Program-made: the position numbers and the translations under genes
Assembly (NCBI GenBank): GCA_002633005.1
Contig: NMRA01000892.1
Coordinates: 1 to 64,000 of the forward strand
Direction of reading: 5' to 3'
From: Phoronis australis
Lineage: Eukaryota > Animalia > Phoronida
DNA: 64,000 bases
Shown here: piece by piece, positions 1 through 12,934 of the stretch
Position numbering within the stretch: position 1 is the first letter of the stretch
Layout of the letters: every line of letters begins with the position of its first letter
Notes under the pieces: model-generated
What the model was told of the DNA's origin: nothing
The model's database searches: none
The model's input: only the letters and a program-made list of their open reading frames with translations

Positions 1-85
1 TCGATAATCCTGCCGCCCCAGATAACCCATGACAGACAAATTGTGCTCAAGAAAGCGTTCGCCAGAAAGTCAAAATGACATCCTA

Positions 86-228
86 CATAGGCGGATTTAG
101 GGGGGGGCAGGGGGCCCAAGCCCCCCCCCACCTGCCGCAAAAGAAATAACACAGCAAGAGCGTAGGGAAATGTTGAGTTTTTAAATTAACTCCGGTCATT
201 TACATTTTGCGGCTGAAACAAGATTTAA
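86..228 (+). mobile_element. Left part of hAT5-like MITE (CATAGGCGGATTTAGGGG terminus), interrupted by the Sola3-like element
   Basis: 86-180 closely matches 58077-58175 (CATAGGCGGATTTAGGGGGGGG...CAGCAAGAGCGT...TTGAGTT); right end not found. Confidence 0.6.
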
Positions 229-1136
229 GAGCAATTCCATATCAAAACCAGATGATGGGCTATATATGCAAAATCACCAATTTTTTTGAAACTTAGCACA
301 TCAGCTTGCCTTGTCAACAGAAACCCGAGCCTGAATTTTTAAGAGTTTTCGATTTTTTTTAACCTTTTTTACTACCACTTCGTACTTTTTCTGAAAAATA
401 TCGAATAGTAGTACTTGGAAATAGGTGACATTTTGTCAGCAACAGCACATCATCGCTTCACGCTATTGAAAAAATAACTATATAGCAGAAAGAAGAAAGA
501 ATAACATACAAGAAAAACTAGTTCGGATGGTTTTATTGATTTTTATGTCCTCCCATTTTAGCCTACAAAAATGTCATTTACACTACTTATTATTAAGGCC
601 ATTTTTACCCATATTTATCACTCTCCCAAATTTATATCGAATTCTTTTGGAACATGAGTTAACTTCCATCTGTTAAATCGGTCCGTGTTTAGCTCAACGC
701 AAGAATAAAAAATCTTCTCTTTCATAGTTTTTGTGCAGTCAGTTTTTTACATAACAAACACACTTTTCTGCCAATCTGTGACTGTCAGTTTGATTAAAAG
801 ATTCTAGGAGGCGCTACTCAATTTCTACCGACCAAGATGCCAAATAGAACAAATATCATTCGTTTTGCTACATCAGTGACGAAGGAGATCATGGGAAGCT
901 GTATGAGAGTTTTTTTCTTCGCGGATTTTCAGTTTTGCTGGTGCAAAAATAAAACAATTGTTATAGGATAACAGAAATCAAAAAAGTCAAGTTTAATTTA
1001 CTTATGAGTTAATAATACAAACCATCACCATCTCATGCTTCAGAGAAGCAAGTTTTATTCTTAGTAAGGGTGCCCATTACCCAATGCTTGGTCAGTTTTC
1101 AAACACCCTACTTGACTAAGAATTCCACGCACTGCC

Positions 1137-1375
1137 TGCAGTGCATGCTGGTCCATTTTCAGACCTCCTGAGCAAATCCCTGTATATGCCTCTCAAAGTC
1201 CTCTCAAACTATTAGCAAAGTTCATACTAAAACTAATCAAGATCTTCGAGATCACAAGTGAAAAGAGGACGGTGGATACGAGCAGAAGTGTGGTGTTATT
1301 GGACATACAAAGTGTCTTGCAATGCTTCTTGTACTACACAAAAGCAGCCCAGCATGGTGGCAGTGTCCCAATTGA
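1137..1375 (+). pseudogene. Degenerate PHD-like zinc finger inside the Sola3-like element
   Basis: CSAC ... WI.(C)QKCGVIGHTKC ... WWQCPN(stop where the last Cys is expected); reading it requires frameshifts. Confidence 0.45.
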
Positions 1376-2042
1376 ATTTGCAATTTCAGAAAGATAACAG
1401 GTATGGATATTTACGATTGAAAACATAATACATGTACTATCAGCGATATCCAAGATACCTGCTTTCCAAACCAGTATTTAAGCAATTGGGTGTTGTTGAG
1501 ACTTTCCAGCTAAACGTTTTACAATATGTAAATTCCGTTCATGCAGCGGACTCAAAACCCCAGTTTCTTGAAGGTATGCTAGGTTTAGTGTATGATGCAT
1601 TTCTATACAACACTTCAAAAGCTGAATTTTGTTTGCAGAAAACAAGAGCTACTGAAACACTAAATCCTTTTATTTTGCTCAGTACACGTGTCTAAGATAG
1701 ACGTTTCTCAAGACTAGATAATTACTCCTAAAAAAATCTCAGTAGTTTCAATAGAATCAATCATGTAAAAAGAATGATTTACGAGTCTCAAACTGAACAT
1801 AAAAGTGACAGAAGATTTCAATGTTGACCATCAGTGGCTTTGATTATTTTCCCCAAACTGCCACCACTCAAATCTCTCCCCCGTGGAAGTCCCGAATTTG
1901 CGTCATCTTCCATGTTTCCCAATTTCCACCAGGGTGGACCCCAGTCCTCTAGCTATGATAATGATGGTCACAACAATATCATAAGAATAGACAACAACTA
2001 AAACATGCTCATACTTTCCTACAGTTTATGATGATAACTTAT

Positions 2043-4250
2043 TCATGACTTCAAGCTCAAAGCCATTCTTTGAGGCAAACTCGTGGGCAGCAGCAGCATC
2101 ACCATTTTCAATATTCTGAATATTTCGGATTCGAGACGCGGCAACCATACGGGAGAAAAATCCAGGAATCTGCTGCTCCGACAGCCACTCTTCAGAGGAG
2201 AAAACTTTCCTTGTTCATTCCTGGCTACTCCCATCATCTTTACAACCTCAGCTGGCTGTTGTTTTCTGCCTGACTGTTCACCTTCAGGAAATATATCACT
2301 GGATTAAGTCTTTACCTTCTCAGAGAAGCGGACCGCTTTTCTAATACTTGTCAGGGCCCAACCCTGCGGCCGTCTTGATCAACAACGTAAACGGCATACA
2401 GCTCAGGTGATCATACAGCTGTGGTAGTAGATAACATATCAGATTGTCTTGAATTGTGGTCGAACTGAGTCTCGTTCTGGAGGGATGATAAATGAGCACC
2501 AACATCCAAGTGCTCATTTAGCACAGCATCTGTAGGAAAATATTTCGAGCACCCATAGTGTGTGCATGTGAACTTCGTATGACGGTCAATGGAAACCAGC
2601 CCCGACTCAATCCTTGGAGTTGTAAAACACTCGAGTGTTGCAAGGTCAAGACTTTTCAGAGGCAACAGATTACATGACTTGTTGATGACAAGTTTTCCCT
2701 CCCCTTCTGTATAGGCCTTCCATGCTCGAATGCCATCGGCGGAATACTCAAAAATTGTCAGCAAACGTATCCCTGGGATACTGTGCATGGGGCATTCACA
2801 CTACAGGCCGACACATAACAGCCCTTGACACCTCCTCTAGACTCTAGCGCATGTTTCTGCTGGACTGCATTTTGTTGCCTTCATTGACGAAGTACTTGGC
2901 ATGGGACTTCAAGGATGCAATTTTCCTGTCACAGATATCTTTTCCCTTCTGACTTTCACTGAAGTCATAGCGCAGAATGGAGATGCCGGTGTTACCAGAT
3001 ATGTAGAACAAATGAATCAGAAGGGCGGCTGAAAGGTAACAATTAGCATTGTCGGAGCTTCGTTATTTGTGGATCCCTAGGTTTCACCTGCCTTAGAACA
3101 TCTAGCGTTAAACAGCAAGCAGTGAAAAAGTCTTGCTTGCAGCCATCTAGTGTATGGATGTAAGTATGTACCTGAAATACAATAATTATGTAACTCAAAT
3201 AGGTCAGCTAGTTTAAAGAACTACCTTATTATATCTTATTACCACCTAAACCGCAATCACACCACTCAACTTTAAATATGGTTCGTCTCAACACCGTTAT
3301 TATATCAGTAGCTCCTTCAAAACATTTCTAGGGAGGGGGAAATTTCCCCTTCACATAGGTATGAAAATCATCCATAAGTACAAAATGGCTTCAGTTAAAA
3401 TGAAGTTTTGTGTGCAAAATCTACTAAAAGACAAAGAATGCATCACTGTCAAGCTTTTGTTGGGAAATGGCAAGATGAAGACTAGATGTTAAGTGCACAC
3501 TCCCTGTATCTTGTACTGTTAAAGTAAATCAATATACTAAAAAGAGGCAACAACATTGTTCATCACTGGCTTTCTGTTTAATATTGAGCACATCTGAGAT
3601 TTACTTTGTAACACCTTGAATACTAATTGAGGATTTATTTTTACCTGGTGGCTTTCACCTTTCTTTGTGATACAAGCCGCCACGTGCCATGAGATCCCTT
3701 TTTCCAAACCAGTCGGGCTGTGCCTCACGGAAACTGATGGGTATAAACTTCATTGCAAAATCCATTACAACCAAAACTTGGTGTGGGGTGAGAGATGACA
3801 TCAGATCCTGTTTTGCTTGTTCCTGGTTTATCCCTCTGACAATATGCTGTGTGTTCTGGATAACAGCACGTCAGTTTTTGTCCAAAGCCAAGTCCAAACT
3901 CATGTCGATGTGTAAAATATATCACGGCGCATTTCCATTGGTTTGCCAGTCCAGTCTCCTATCTCAAGATCTGGCAAGAATCAGCTGCAATTCCGATATC
4001 CTTTCAAACTTCTGTGGATCTTTGCACGACTTCAGATGACTTCTGACGTCTTTAACACAGCTAATGAAGGCCACATTTCCTCCGCTACTACACTTATGTA
4101 AGGAAAATTTACCAAATGTACAAAAATGAAAATTCCTCCATACTCTTTGCAGTGCCAGGAAGTGCATGTAATCTCGAACCCTAAAGTGCTATTGGTAAAG
4201 TTAAACAAAGCATGGGTCTCAAAAGTGAATTTTAAATTTTTGTGATATTG
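2043..4250 (-). pseudogene. Sola3-type DDD transposase pseudogene with one intron (approx. 3172-3644)
   Basis: Minus-strand motifs DFAMKFIPISFREAQPDWFG.GISWHV, SDNANCY, GISILRYDFSESQKGKDICDRKIASLKSHAKYFVNEG, GIRAWKAY, and a C2H2 finger CTHYGC...LNEHLDVGAH; GT donor at 3644, AG acceptor at 3173-3172; multiple frameshifts and stops. Confidence 0.75.
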
Positions 4251-5263
4251 CATTGTTGATATTAGATCCTATATTTTAGGTGATATCTCTAAACTAAAAG
4301 AGTAGCCTCAATTCTCTTGTCAGTCAGAGTAAAGCCACATCACAAAAATGCCCAAATTCGAGGGCCACGTTTAGCACTAAATATATAAGACAAGTTTTTT
4401 TCAAGCAATTATCAAAGATCAATCTTAGAAGGGTCTGCACAGAGAATTTCAACTTCAAATATATTCCGATATAGCAGGCAGGTTAAGCAACATCTTGCCA
4501 CTAGTGACTGGCCTGAAAAGTGGTCTCGGAGTTTTCTCCCCTGCTGAAAATTTAATTGTATCTATGAGTTGCAAATTTCATTCTCTTACTAACCTTACAT
4601 GAGTCTTTATGACCATCAATGTCAAACTTAGTCACCAGTTTTCCAAGTCTGATTTTTGCCGTTCAAAAATGCAGTTTTACTGACATGAAAAAATGCAAAA
4701 TATGCCTTTATAGCCAAATAGGTCATATCTCGGTAACAAAAGGTCATTGAGTGCAAATATTGCAGCAGTGTACTTTGGACCAGCATCCCAACACATGCAC
4801 AAAGTATTAGCTCTGTATGAATTTTTGAGTATATAGTGCTTTTCATTTTCATATGGCTTTTATATGGAATCATTCTTAAATGTGTGAAGTTATAGTGTGT
4901 TCAGGGGAGGTGGAATCAGATCCAATTTCAAGTGTCAAATTCGGAACACGGCGCAATCGTAACGGAACTATGGCTAAGTATAGGTTCTCCAGCAATATCC
5001 CAGGCGACCGGCAGTGGCGCTGCGCACTACGACTCCCTTTCTGTCGTCTGCTTCACTGTGCAATGAAGAAAATGACTTCATTTTTCAAAGACAATGGAAT
5101 CTGATTGACGTTGAAAAAGCAGAACCTGCTGGTAAGCTTTGATTTTTAATCGAAGCCTTCGTGAATCACTCATAAACTCATGAATCTTTCTTTGTCAAAC
5201 CTTTACTTGAGATGATTTCCAAAGTAATCGCGTCATAATTACTGCGAACACAAAAAAGATTTG

Positions 5264-5511
5264 GGGCCCGTTCCAACAAAACTGACTTAGCTAAGACAAA
5301 TCTTAAGTTTTTGTAAACTTTAAAATAAAAGTTAAATTTGTCTCAAAACCAATTCAAGAAAGAGATCTTAAGTTTGTTGTAAGTGTTTGACATAAGTTTT
5401 GTCTTAATTTTGACTTACTTGCCTAAGGTGGAAGTTTCAAAGTTTGGAAGTTAAGACAAATCTTAAACTTAAGTCAAAAATGAACTTAAGTCAGTTTCTT
5501 GGAACAGGCCC
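5264..5511. mobile_element. PIF/Harbinger-like MITE
   Basis: TIRs GGGCCCGTTCCAACAAAACTGACTTA / GGGCCTGTTCCAAGAAACTGACTTA; 3-bp TSD TTG (5261-5263, 5512-5514); internal CTTAAG repeats. Confidence 0.75.
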
Positions 5512-6897
5512 TTGGTCTTTTGGGCAATTGAAGACTATTTTAAGAGGCATTATCTGAGAAAACCTGCAGAGGTCGGCGGAGGCAAGTTAAAATCCATGGA
5601 TTTTGTCAATGGGGTTTTATTAAGGATAACAAACAATAAAATAAAAAGTTACTTTAAATATCCAAAAAATATTTTTGTATGGATTACAGCACATCCAATA
5701 TTCCCATGTATTCCAATAGGGAAATGGGTAGTAAGTGTGGAATTTCAAAAGGCTCTTATTAGAAAGTAGTTCTTATTTTTTTCTACCAAATTAAGGTAAA
5801 ATAACAATATTCCATCGTCAAATCTGTGGGAGTTTTTTCACAGTTCCTGTGAAATGCCGCCTAATACGCAGAATTTTGGGGATTCTATGAAGCTCTCCAG
5901 CATTGGAGGTAAAATTGAACAGTTTACCAAAACCGGAAAATTTGATAGCGTCTGTTTGTACAGCGATTTCCTTCGAAATTTGGCTCTTACTTATGTACGG
6001 AGACATGGTATTTATTTAATAATTAGTAAACAATTTTTATTTGTTGTTTTTACTTCGCGTAGAATCGGATGCTGTTAATACAATAGCACTAAGCTGTGTT
6101 TAGTGATCATTAACAGCGGCCAGACTCGATTTCCTAGTCAATCAACGAAAGTTGCGTGTTTGAAATTCTTGCTACATGTAGTTTGATAATGTATTAAGCA
6201 ATTTCTAATATTCACTCCTTCAACTGGCTATCATTTCAAGAACTGGGTCGTGTACGGTGATTCCCTCATAAGTCGACGTAACGTAGGCTTAACTAGCCTT
6301 GGTACAAAGCCAGCTGGCTAGGATGGCTAAACAAAAGCCAACGGTTCAGTAAAGGTGACGTTTTGATATACGTCTTTTGGATAATGGAGTAGAATTTTTG
6401 ACAATATTCAGTATAAAATTGGCAAAAGAATAAAGTTGCTAAAGGGGAAGGTGGCGACATATTTTTGCCAATTAGATTTGTTGCAACAAGGTGAGAAAAC
6501 TACAAATATTTCTTTACAAAATGTCCAAATATCAAGGAATTTGTATCACAACTACACACTTCAGTGCAAGTTGTCGAATATAGAATATTCACTTTCTATG
6601 CAGAAGATTCAGTTACACAGACAGTTTTGAAAAAGCAGCCGACTTTGAAAAAGTGTTCTGTGAACAATTAAATCATTGTATACCATATATGCACAACCCC
6701 CAAAAAACGCACCAGAGTTTATTTCTTATTTAATAGTGAGACACTGGAGTACCCACAACAAAAATCGTCAATGTCAATTCAAAGCTGCACGCCACCACGA
6801 ACAATGTGCTTTCGGTTTCAATTTTATAGAACACCTCAATTTATAATCACTATTGCCGATCAACAGGAACTCCACATTATTTTTTAAAGGTTACTTT

Positions 6898-7117
6898 CAT
6901 TGGCGGATCCAGCATACCATAATTAAGGGCGGGCCAAGATGTTGCCTCGGAGAATTGGGCATAGCGCAATCATATGCACAGGCGGCTCCAAAAGAAGTTG
7001 TGGGGACTGGTGATGTGGACCCTGGTGTACCCAAATTCTATCGGACTAAAAAAATGGGAACATGGTTCCGCGCGCTCTACCCCCCCCTGCCCCCCCCAAA
7101 AAAAAAATCCGCCTATG
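6898..7117. mobile_element. hAT5-like MITE with 5-bp TSD
   Basis: Termini CATTGGCGGATCC ... AATCCGCCTATG; TSD ACTTT (6893-6897, 7118-7122). Confidence 0.75.
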
Positions 7118-7974
7118 ACTTTAATGCCTGAAACATTTGAGTTTTCCATCTCACATCAGATTATAATTTTCTACCATCCTTTTTTGTTTTCCAGTTTCAC
7201 TGTGCAGAAATAATCGTACATGCCGATCATTATGAGACTCTAAGTTCAGTAATGGGCAATGGTTTTGTAATAAAATGAATGCTGAAAAGGTTTCTTAATA
7301 TTGGTATCGAACAAACATGACTGTGTGTTTATTTTGCAATAACTCTCACTACATTATTGAAATGGAGTTACAAAGGAAAATTGAATTTATTTTTAGAATT
7401 GTGGTGACAGAACAGAAACAATAAGTTTCCTCACATGTTAAATAGTCTATGGTGACCTTTGTACCATGAAACATTGTCCAGTTACGCATATCATTGTTTT
7501 ACTTGTGGATTGTCTGTCTAGTAGTCATTATGTCCTTAATAGAACAACATCTAACTCTGAACAGAACGTGTAATTCTATGAAAAGAGGTCATTAAACTGC
7601 AAGAATCTAAAGACAATGAATGCAAATAATAAATTTGTTCACATGCAAAAGAACTCGAATGTTTATTACTATATTATGATCTTCAATGTAAAAACATACA
7701 TAACTAGCTTCTAAAACCCATACTTTCAACCATAAATTAGATGAAAACAGGAATATTTCAGAGTTGCACCATCATGAAGTACTAGATAATGTATACATAA
7801 CACCTTATCTAGAAAGGCAACACCGAGGTGCAATAACTTCACACAAAGCTGACAAAATTTCTATTTCATGGACACAGAAGTTCCACTAATCTGTCAAATA
7901 ATTTTGGAGAAAGTTTATCCAAGTTTAGCTGAGTCTGACAGAATTCTCTTGAAGTCAGCTCACCCTTACAAAAT

Positions 7975-8221
7975 GAACTTAAGTTTTTCGCTGAAAACTT
8001 AAGTTTTTGGCGAAAAAAAATAAGTTTTTGGAAAATAACTTAAGTTTTAGAGGAAAAACTTAAGTTCTTCCGAAAAACTTAAGTTTTTAAAAGAAACTTA
8101 AGTTTTTAAAACTTAAGTTTTTCGCCAAAAACTTAAGTTTTTCAGCACAATGTTAAGTTTTTCAGAAAACTTAAGTTTTACAGAAAACTTAAGTTTTTTC
8201 AGGTGTAAAACTTAAGTTTTC
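7975..8221. repeat. Tandem array of palindromic AAAACTTAAGTTTT units
   Basis: About 12 copies of (A)AACTTAAGTT(T) spaced roughly every 17-22 bp. Confidence 0.85.
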
Positions 8222-8224
8222 CCA

Positions 8225-8655
8225 AGTAGTAGTAGTAGTAGTAATACACTTTATTCACTTTAAGTCAAAAACCCAAAAATACAGTTGATACAAATTTTCG
8301 CTTATGGAGACTCCGTGAAGGACCAGAAAGGTCCGCTGACCACGGAGCCACCAGAGAATAAGAAAGAAAAAATACAGCGTTACAGATAAGCAGAACTATA
8401 AAAATTAGGTGATGATGTACTTTAAAACTACTTGTGTAAAGACTGGGAGAGATTATCGAAAATAGTTACATACAAAGCAGTTGGGAATAGTGCACACAAG
8501 TTCATAATTTTCAAAACAAACATTCTTACAATAATTTATAACATAGGATAACGAATGGGTAAAACGTTTTTGGTAGATACTTTCAGGAAGGTTATTAATG
8601 ATATGAGGTAGGGCATTTCGAACTGAATCTTCAACAAATGATTTAGTACAACGGG
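8225..8655 (-). mobile_element. 3' end of CR1/L2-type LINE (copy A) with (TAC)n tail
   Basis: Near-identical to 8983-9503; AGT-repeat tail and 3' stem-loop CTCCGTG...CACGGAG; ends at the N at 8656. Confidence 0.8.
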
Positions 8656-8736
8656 NTGGCTGTGCCATGAAAATTGTCTCAGTTTAAAACATCCTTGAAA
8701 CTGTCTTAAGCTATTTTGTTTTTGTTTTTTTTTCAG

Positions 8737-8862
8737 GAAAAGGAAATTAGAGGAGGTAGCTAAACACGAGTTTCTCCCTAAACACCCAAACTGTGTAGGA
8801 TTTGTGAAGGCTTGGGAGGAAAGACATCATCTCTACATTCAAACAGAGCTGTGTGAAGCCAG
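8737..8862 (+). CDS. PKMYT1: Internal exon of membrane-associated Tyr/Thr Cdc2-inhibitory kinase (Myt1); orphan exon
   Basis: Polypyrimidine-TTTCAG acceptor and GTATGA donor, 126 bp; encodes KRKLEEVAKHEFLPKHPNCVGFVKAWEERHHLYIQTELCEA, matching Myt1 kinase subdomains III-V (RKL.EV..HE....HP.CV....AWEE...LY.QTELC). Confidence 0.85.
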
Positions 8863-8982
8863 GTATGAGTGAAATTCCCTCATCCTCCACAGCTCTCCTC
8901 TTTGAGGTGGTAGAGAAACTTGTTATATTGTCTGTGGACCTGCTTTTTGGCTGCTAACCTACTTCTCTGCTGAGTCAGATTA

Positions 8983-11900
8983 AGTAGTAGTAGTAGTAAT
9001 ACACTTTATTCACTTTAAGTCAAAAACCAAAAAATACAGTTGATACAAATTTACGCTTATGGAGACTCCGTGAAGGACCAGAGAGGTCCGCTGACCACGG
9101 AGCCACCAGAGAATAAGAAAGAAAAAAATACAGCATTACAGATAAGCAGAACTATAAAAATTAGGTGATGATGTACTTTAAAACTACTTGTGTAACGACT
9201 GGGAGAGATTATCGAAAATAGTTACATACAAAGCAGTTGGGAATAGTGCACTCAAGTTCATAATTTTCAAAACNAAACTACTTGTGTAAAGACTGGGAGA
9301 GATTATCGAAAATAGTTACATACAAAGCAGTTGGGAATAGTGCACTCAAGCTCATAATTTTCAAAACAAACATTCTTAAAATAATTTATAACAGAGGATA
9401 ACGAATGGGTAAAAAGTTTTTGGTAGACACTTTCAGGAAGGTTATTATTGATATGAGGTAGGGCATTTCGAACTGAATCTTCAACAAATGATTTAGTACA
9501 ACGAGGAGTATGTAAAAGATGTCGTTACCTAGTGTAATGTTCATGAACAGACCCACGAGTAATTAAATTGAACGTGTCAGAAAATAAAGGTAAGTAATTA
9601 TGAACATATTTGTAGAAAAATTTAATAATAGCAACAACATACAAGTTATTTATTTTGAGCAACTGTGTAGTCTTAAATAAAGGATCTGTATGGGCATTAA
9701 AATAACTAGAGGTAATAGTGCGAATAACCTTTTTCTGTAATTTGAATATTCTATGATGTTCACCGCCCCATAGCAGAATGCCATAATTAAAATGAGGAAG
9801 GACAAGGCCATTATATATAGTTTTCAAAGTTTCAAAGGGCAAGAAATGTTTTATGTTATCAAGAACACCACATAATCTGCTTATCTTTCTCAACAGTTGT
9901 TTATGTGTGGACTCCATAACAAGTTTTCGTTGATGGTAACACCAAGTAAATTGAAAGAACGAACTCTTTCAATTTCCAAATTATTAAACTTTAAATAAAA
10001 ATCATCAATACGTTTTGGGAGTTTATGAAAAACCATGAATTTTGTTTTAGTTGCATTTAAAACCAGTCCATTTACGTTTAACCAAGACTGAATTTTCTCC
10101 AGCTCCGCACAAAACATGCGTGACTCATTAATAGACAATGTGCTATGAATACTATTAATAATAGTAGTATCATCAGCATAGAGAATGCAGTCAAAGAAAC
10201 TTGTGCACTTCACAAAATCATTCATTTAAATGATGGATAATAACGGACCCAATATAAACCCCTGTGGGACACCTCGTAGAATTGGAACAGTGTTAGATTT
10301 TGTGTTGTTAATTTGAACATACTGAGCCCGATTAGAGAAATAGTTTCTCAATAAACTTAAAGACAAGGGGTTACAACCATAATATAAAAGTTTGTCAAGC
10401 AAAATTGAATGACTTTAAGAGTCAAAAGCTTTGGAAAGATCAATTAGAATGGCCAGGGGTAATTTATTATTTTCCATAGCCTTGACAATTCTATCCATAA
10501 NGTAATTTATTATTTTCCATAGCCTTGACAATTCTATCCATAATTTCAACTAAAGCCAGTTCTGTTGAGTGCCCCCCCACGAAAACCATATTGGGCAGGA
10601 TGTAGCAAGCCATTAGATTGAAAATATTCGTATAGTTGATTATAAATAAGTTTTTCAAAAATCTTAGAAAAGCAAGGAAGAACAGAGATAGGCCTGTAAT
10701 TATCTAAAAACAACGGGTCCCCTTTTTTAAATACAGGAATAACCTTGGCAATTTTCATGTTGTCTGGAAAAATTTGATTGAAAATGGACTGGTTAATCAC
10801 AACACACAATGGTTCAATCAATAGATTATTTAGATATTTTATAATTTTCATAGATATGCCATCATGACCACAAGTAGGTTTATCTGGAAAAGAATTAATC
10901 ACTTTTCTAATATCAATTGGAGAGATTGGTTCAAAATCAAATCTGAATGTAGCAGCGGAGTCACGATCTAAAAAAAGACATGTGTGAGATACTTGAAGAA
11001 TGAATAGGTAGGGAATGGGAGGCAATATTAATAAAATAATTAGTAAAATGATTAACAATCTCACCCTCGTCACAAACTATTTCATCATTTATCTTCAATC
11101 TAGTAGGATTATTCGATAAGACATTTCTATTCAGTAAATTATTAATTTCTTTCCAAGTGTCCTTGGGAGAACCAACATGTGCCCGAAACTGATTGTTATA
11201 ATAAAGTCTCGTAGCTCTTTTCAAAACTTTTTTAGAATAATGTTATAGGTTTTCAGGTTTGTTTTTAATGAGACATAATTAATAGCACTTTGAGGGGTTG
11301 ACTTGAGTCGTTTATAAAGCCTGTCTCTAAACCTAAGAGAGTTTAAAATACCTTGGGAGATCCAAATACTCTGTTTGTGCTTATATTTATTGAATCTTAC
11401 TTTTCTTATTGTATTGAACTTATTTAAACAAGCAAGAATAGTGTCCTGAAGTAACTTGTAATTCATATTGGGATCACCATTCAAATTTGTATCCATGTGA
11501 GAAAGTACATTATATGACGAAAATTCATCATACACCCTTTTCAAACAATCGTCATTAATGACATTTCTGTAAGCAAATTTGGGAGCTCTCGCCTTTTTTA
11601 ATGTTCTCTTAAAACAAGATAAAATAGGTAGATGATCAGAGATATTAGAAAAATAGATCCCGGAAACTGGATCAATGTTAGAACAGCTATTAAATTTGTA
11701 GAAAATATTGTCAATAAGTGAAGCAGAAAACTCAGAGAAACGAGTGGGAAAGGTAATGGTTGGAGTAAAACCATTTAATGACACAGTGTTGTAGAATTCT
11801 CCAACCAAGGGCCTCTCATCCACTTTTAAGATATTAATATTAAAATCACCTGCCAACATGACATGAGAGTTGGTTTGCCCAAGTTTATTAACCAATGGAT

Positions 11901-12415
11901 TAAAATCATCTAGAAATGTGCGTATGTTTAAATTGTCATTTTCTTTGGAAGGTTTATAAATATTGCGAACAATAACATTTTTCCTATGAATGGTACTAAC
12001 TAAGGTCACAAATAGTGACTCAAAAACTGTGGAATCACTTTTAATTTTGGAGGGTTTATACTCCAATGAATTGTGGATGTAAATAATAAGGCCACCATGT
12101 CCACAACATTTCTTACCCTGGGAAACACAAGAGTAATTATCAATTTGAAGCAATGAGAGGTCAGCATCATCATCAAGCCAAGTTTCCTGCTAAAATGAAA
12201 ATTCAACTGGGAAAGTTGACGGAGAAACAGGAACAGGCTATCAAACTTAGCTCGGATACTTTGTACATGTTTAAAGATAACATACAAAAGTCATCTTTGT
12301 GTTTAAGAGCAAAAGCTCTGAATGAATCACTATCATAATAGGGAGAGGACTTGAGTGTACCAGACCCAATATCATCATTTTTATCACCAAGCAAATGAAC
12401 GAAGCTATTGTACCT
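8983..12415 (-). mobile_element. CR1/L2-clade non-LTR retrotransposon ORF2 (AP endonuclease + reverse transcriptase), 5'-truncated and frameshifted
   Basis: APE motifs GGLIIYI, AGDFNIN, SLIDNIF, SDHLP; RT motifs KIAKVIPVFKKGD, NYRPISVLP, QYGFR, DLSKAFD, GVPQG, YADDTT; (TAC)n tail; N joins at 9274 and 10501 with overlap duplications. Confidence 0.92.
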
Positions 12416-12585
12416 GACTCTGGCACCGCGCTCTCTTTGATTCTGGTAAAAGCCGCTCAGAAGGACGAGCGGTGATTCTTGCCGCATATCTTTACATACA
12501 TGTATGCGTGACTTCCTTGTAAGCGTATTATTCACGGTATGACGACTAGGCACCGACCACGCATGTTCAAGAACATTAATTTTAC

Positions 12586-12934
12586 CTCTGCTGTGCCACC
12601 TTGAACACCAAACATTGTGCCCTCTATTGCCCAGTCGGGTAAATCTGGCTGCTTGCCAATAAAGTTTTAACGCACTGAACTCCTGGGTCACGTTCTTCAA
12701 CGTACTTTCGGTTTTGAAGCTTATGCTTTTCGGCTGTCCACACATCACTATCTCATGTATGTCGTCTGCTCGGAAATCCAACATGGAGTAGTTTTTGAGA
12801 TCCACGTGACAGTAATATTTTGCGTGAACTAAAAAAGGTCGGCTGCGGGAAGTATTTAGTAAGGAAATCACCTCTTGAGTCCCTGTCGTTATCCGCATTG
12901 AAACTAGCCTGGGTACTTTTATTTCGACCGACAC
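12586..12934 (-). pseudogene. yihQ: Sulfoquinovosidase (YihQ-like GH31) pseudogene, exon B
   Basis: AG acceptor 12936-12935, GT donor 12585-12584; GVGRNKSTQASFNAD..DSRGDFLTKYFPQPTF..S.KYYCHVD...IGKQPDLPDWAIEGTMFGVQGGT parallels YihQ GVGRNK...GDYYWTFFPQPTFVS..KYYCHVD...LGRQPELPDW...G.QGGT; two frameshifts. Confidence 0.85.

Larger units (their letters stand above)
229..4875 (-). mobile_element. Sola3-like DNA transposon, full length but degenerate
   Basis: TTAA on both sides (225-228, 4876-4879); imperfect TIRs GAGCAATTCCATATCAAAACCAGATG vs reverse complement GAATGATTCCATATAAAAGCCATATG; internal transposase motifs. Confidence 0.75.

Noticed and set aside
4971-7260. Possible 5' exons of a host gene (donor at 5132, exon 5844-5908 with ATG, candidates at 6412 and 7195)
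   Set aside because: Splice sites look plausible but joined frames hit stops quickly, and the peptide does not resemble the PKMYT1 N-terminus or anything I recognise.
7975-8221. CRISPR-like repeat-spacer array
   Set aside because: Eukaryotic context, 14-bp repeats with only 3-8-nt spacers, no cas genes.
9182-9366. Tandem duplications flanking single Ns (also 10459-10543)
   Set aside because: Typical unmerged contig overlaps, not biology.
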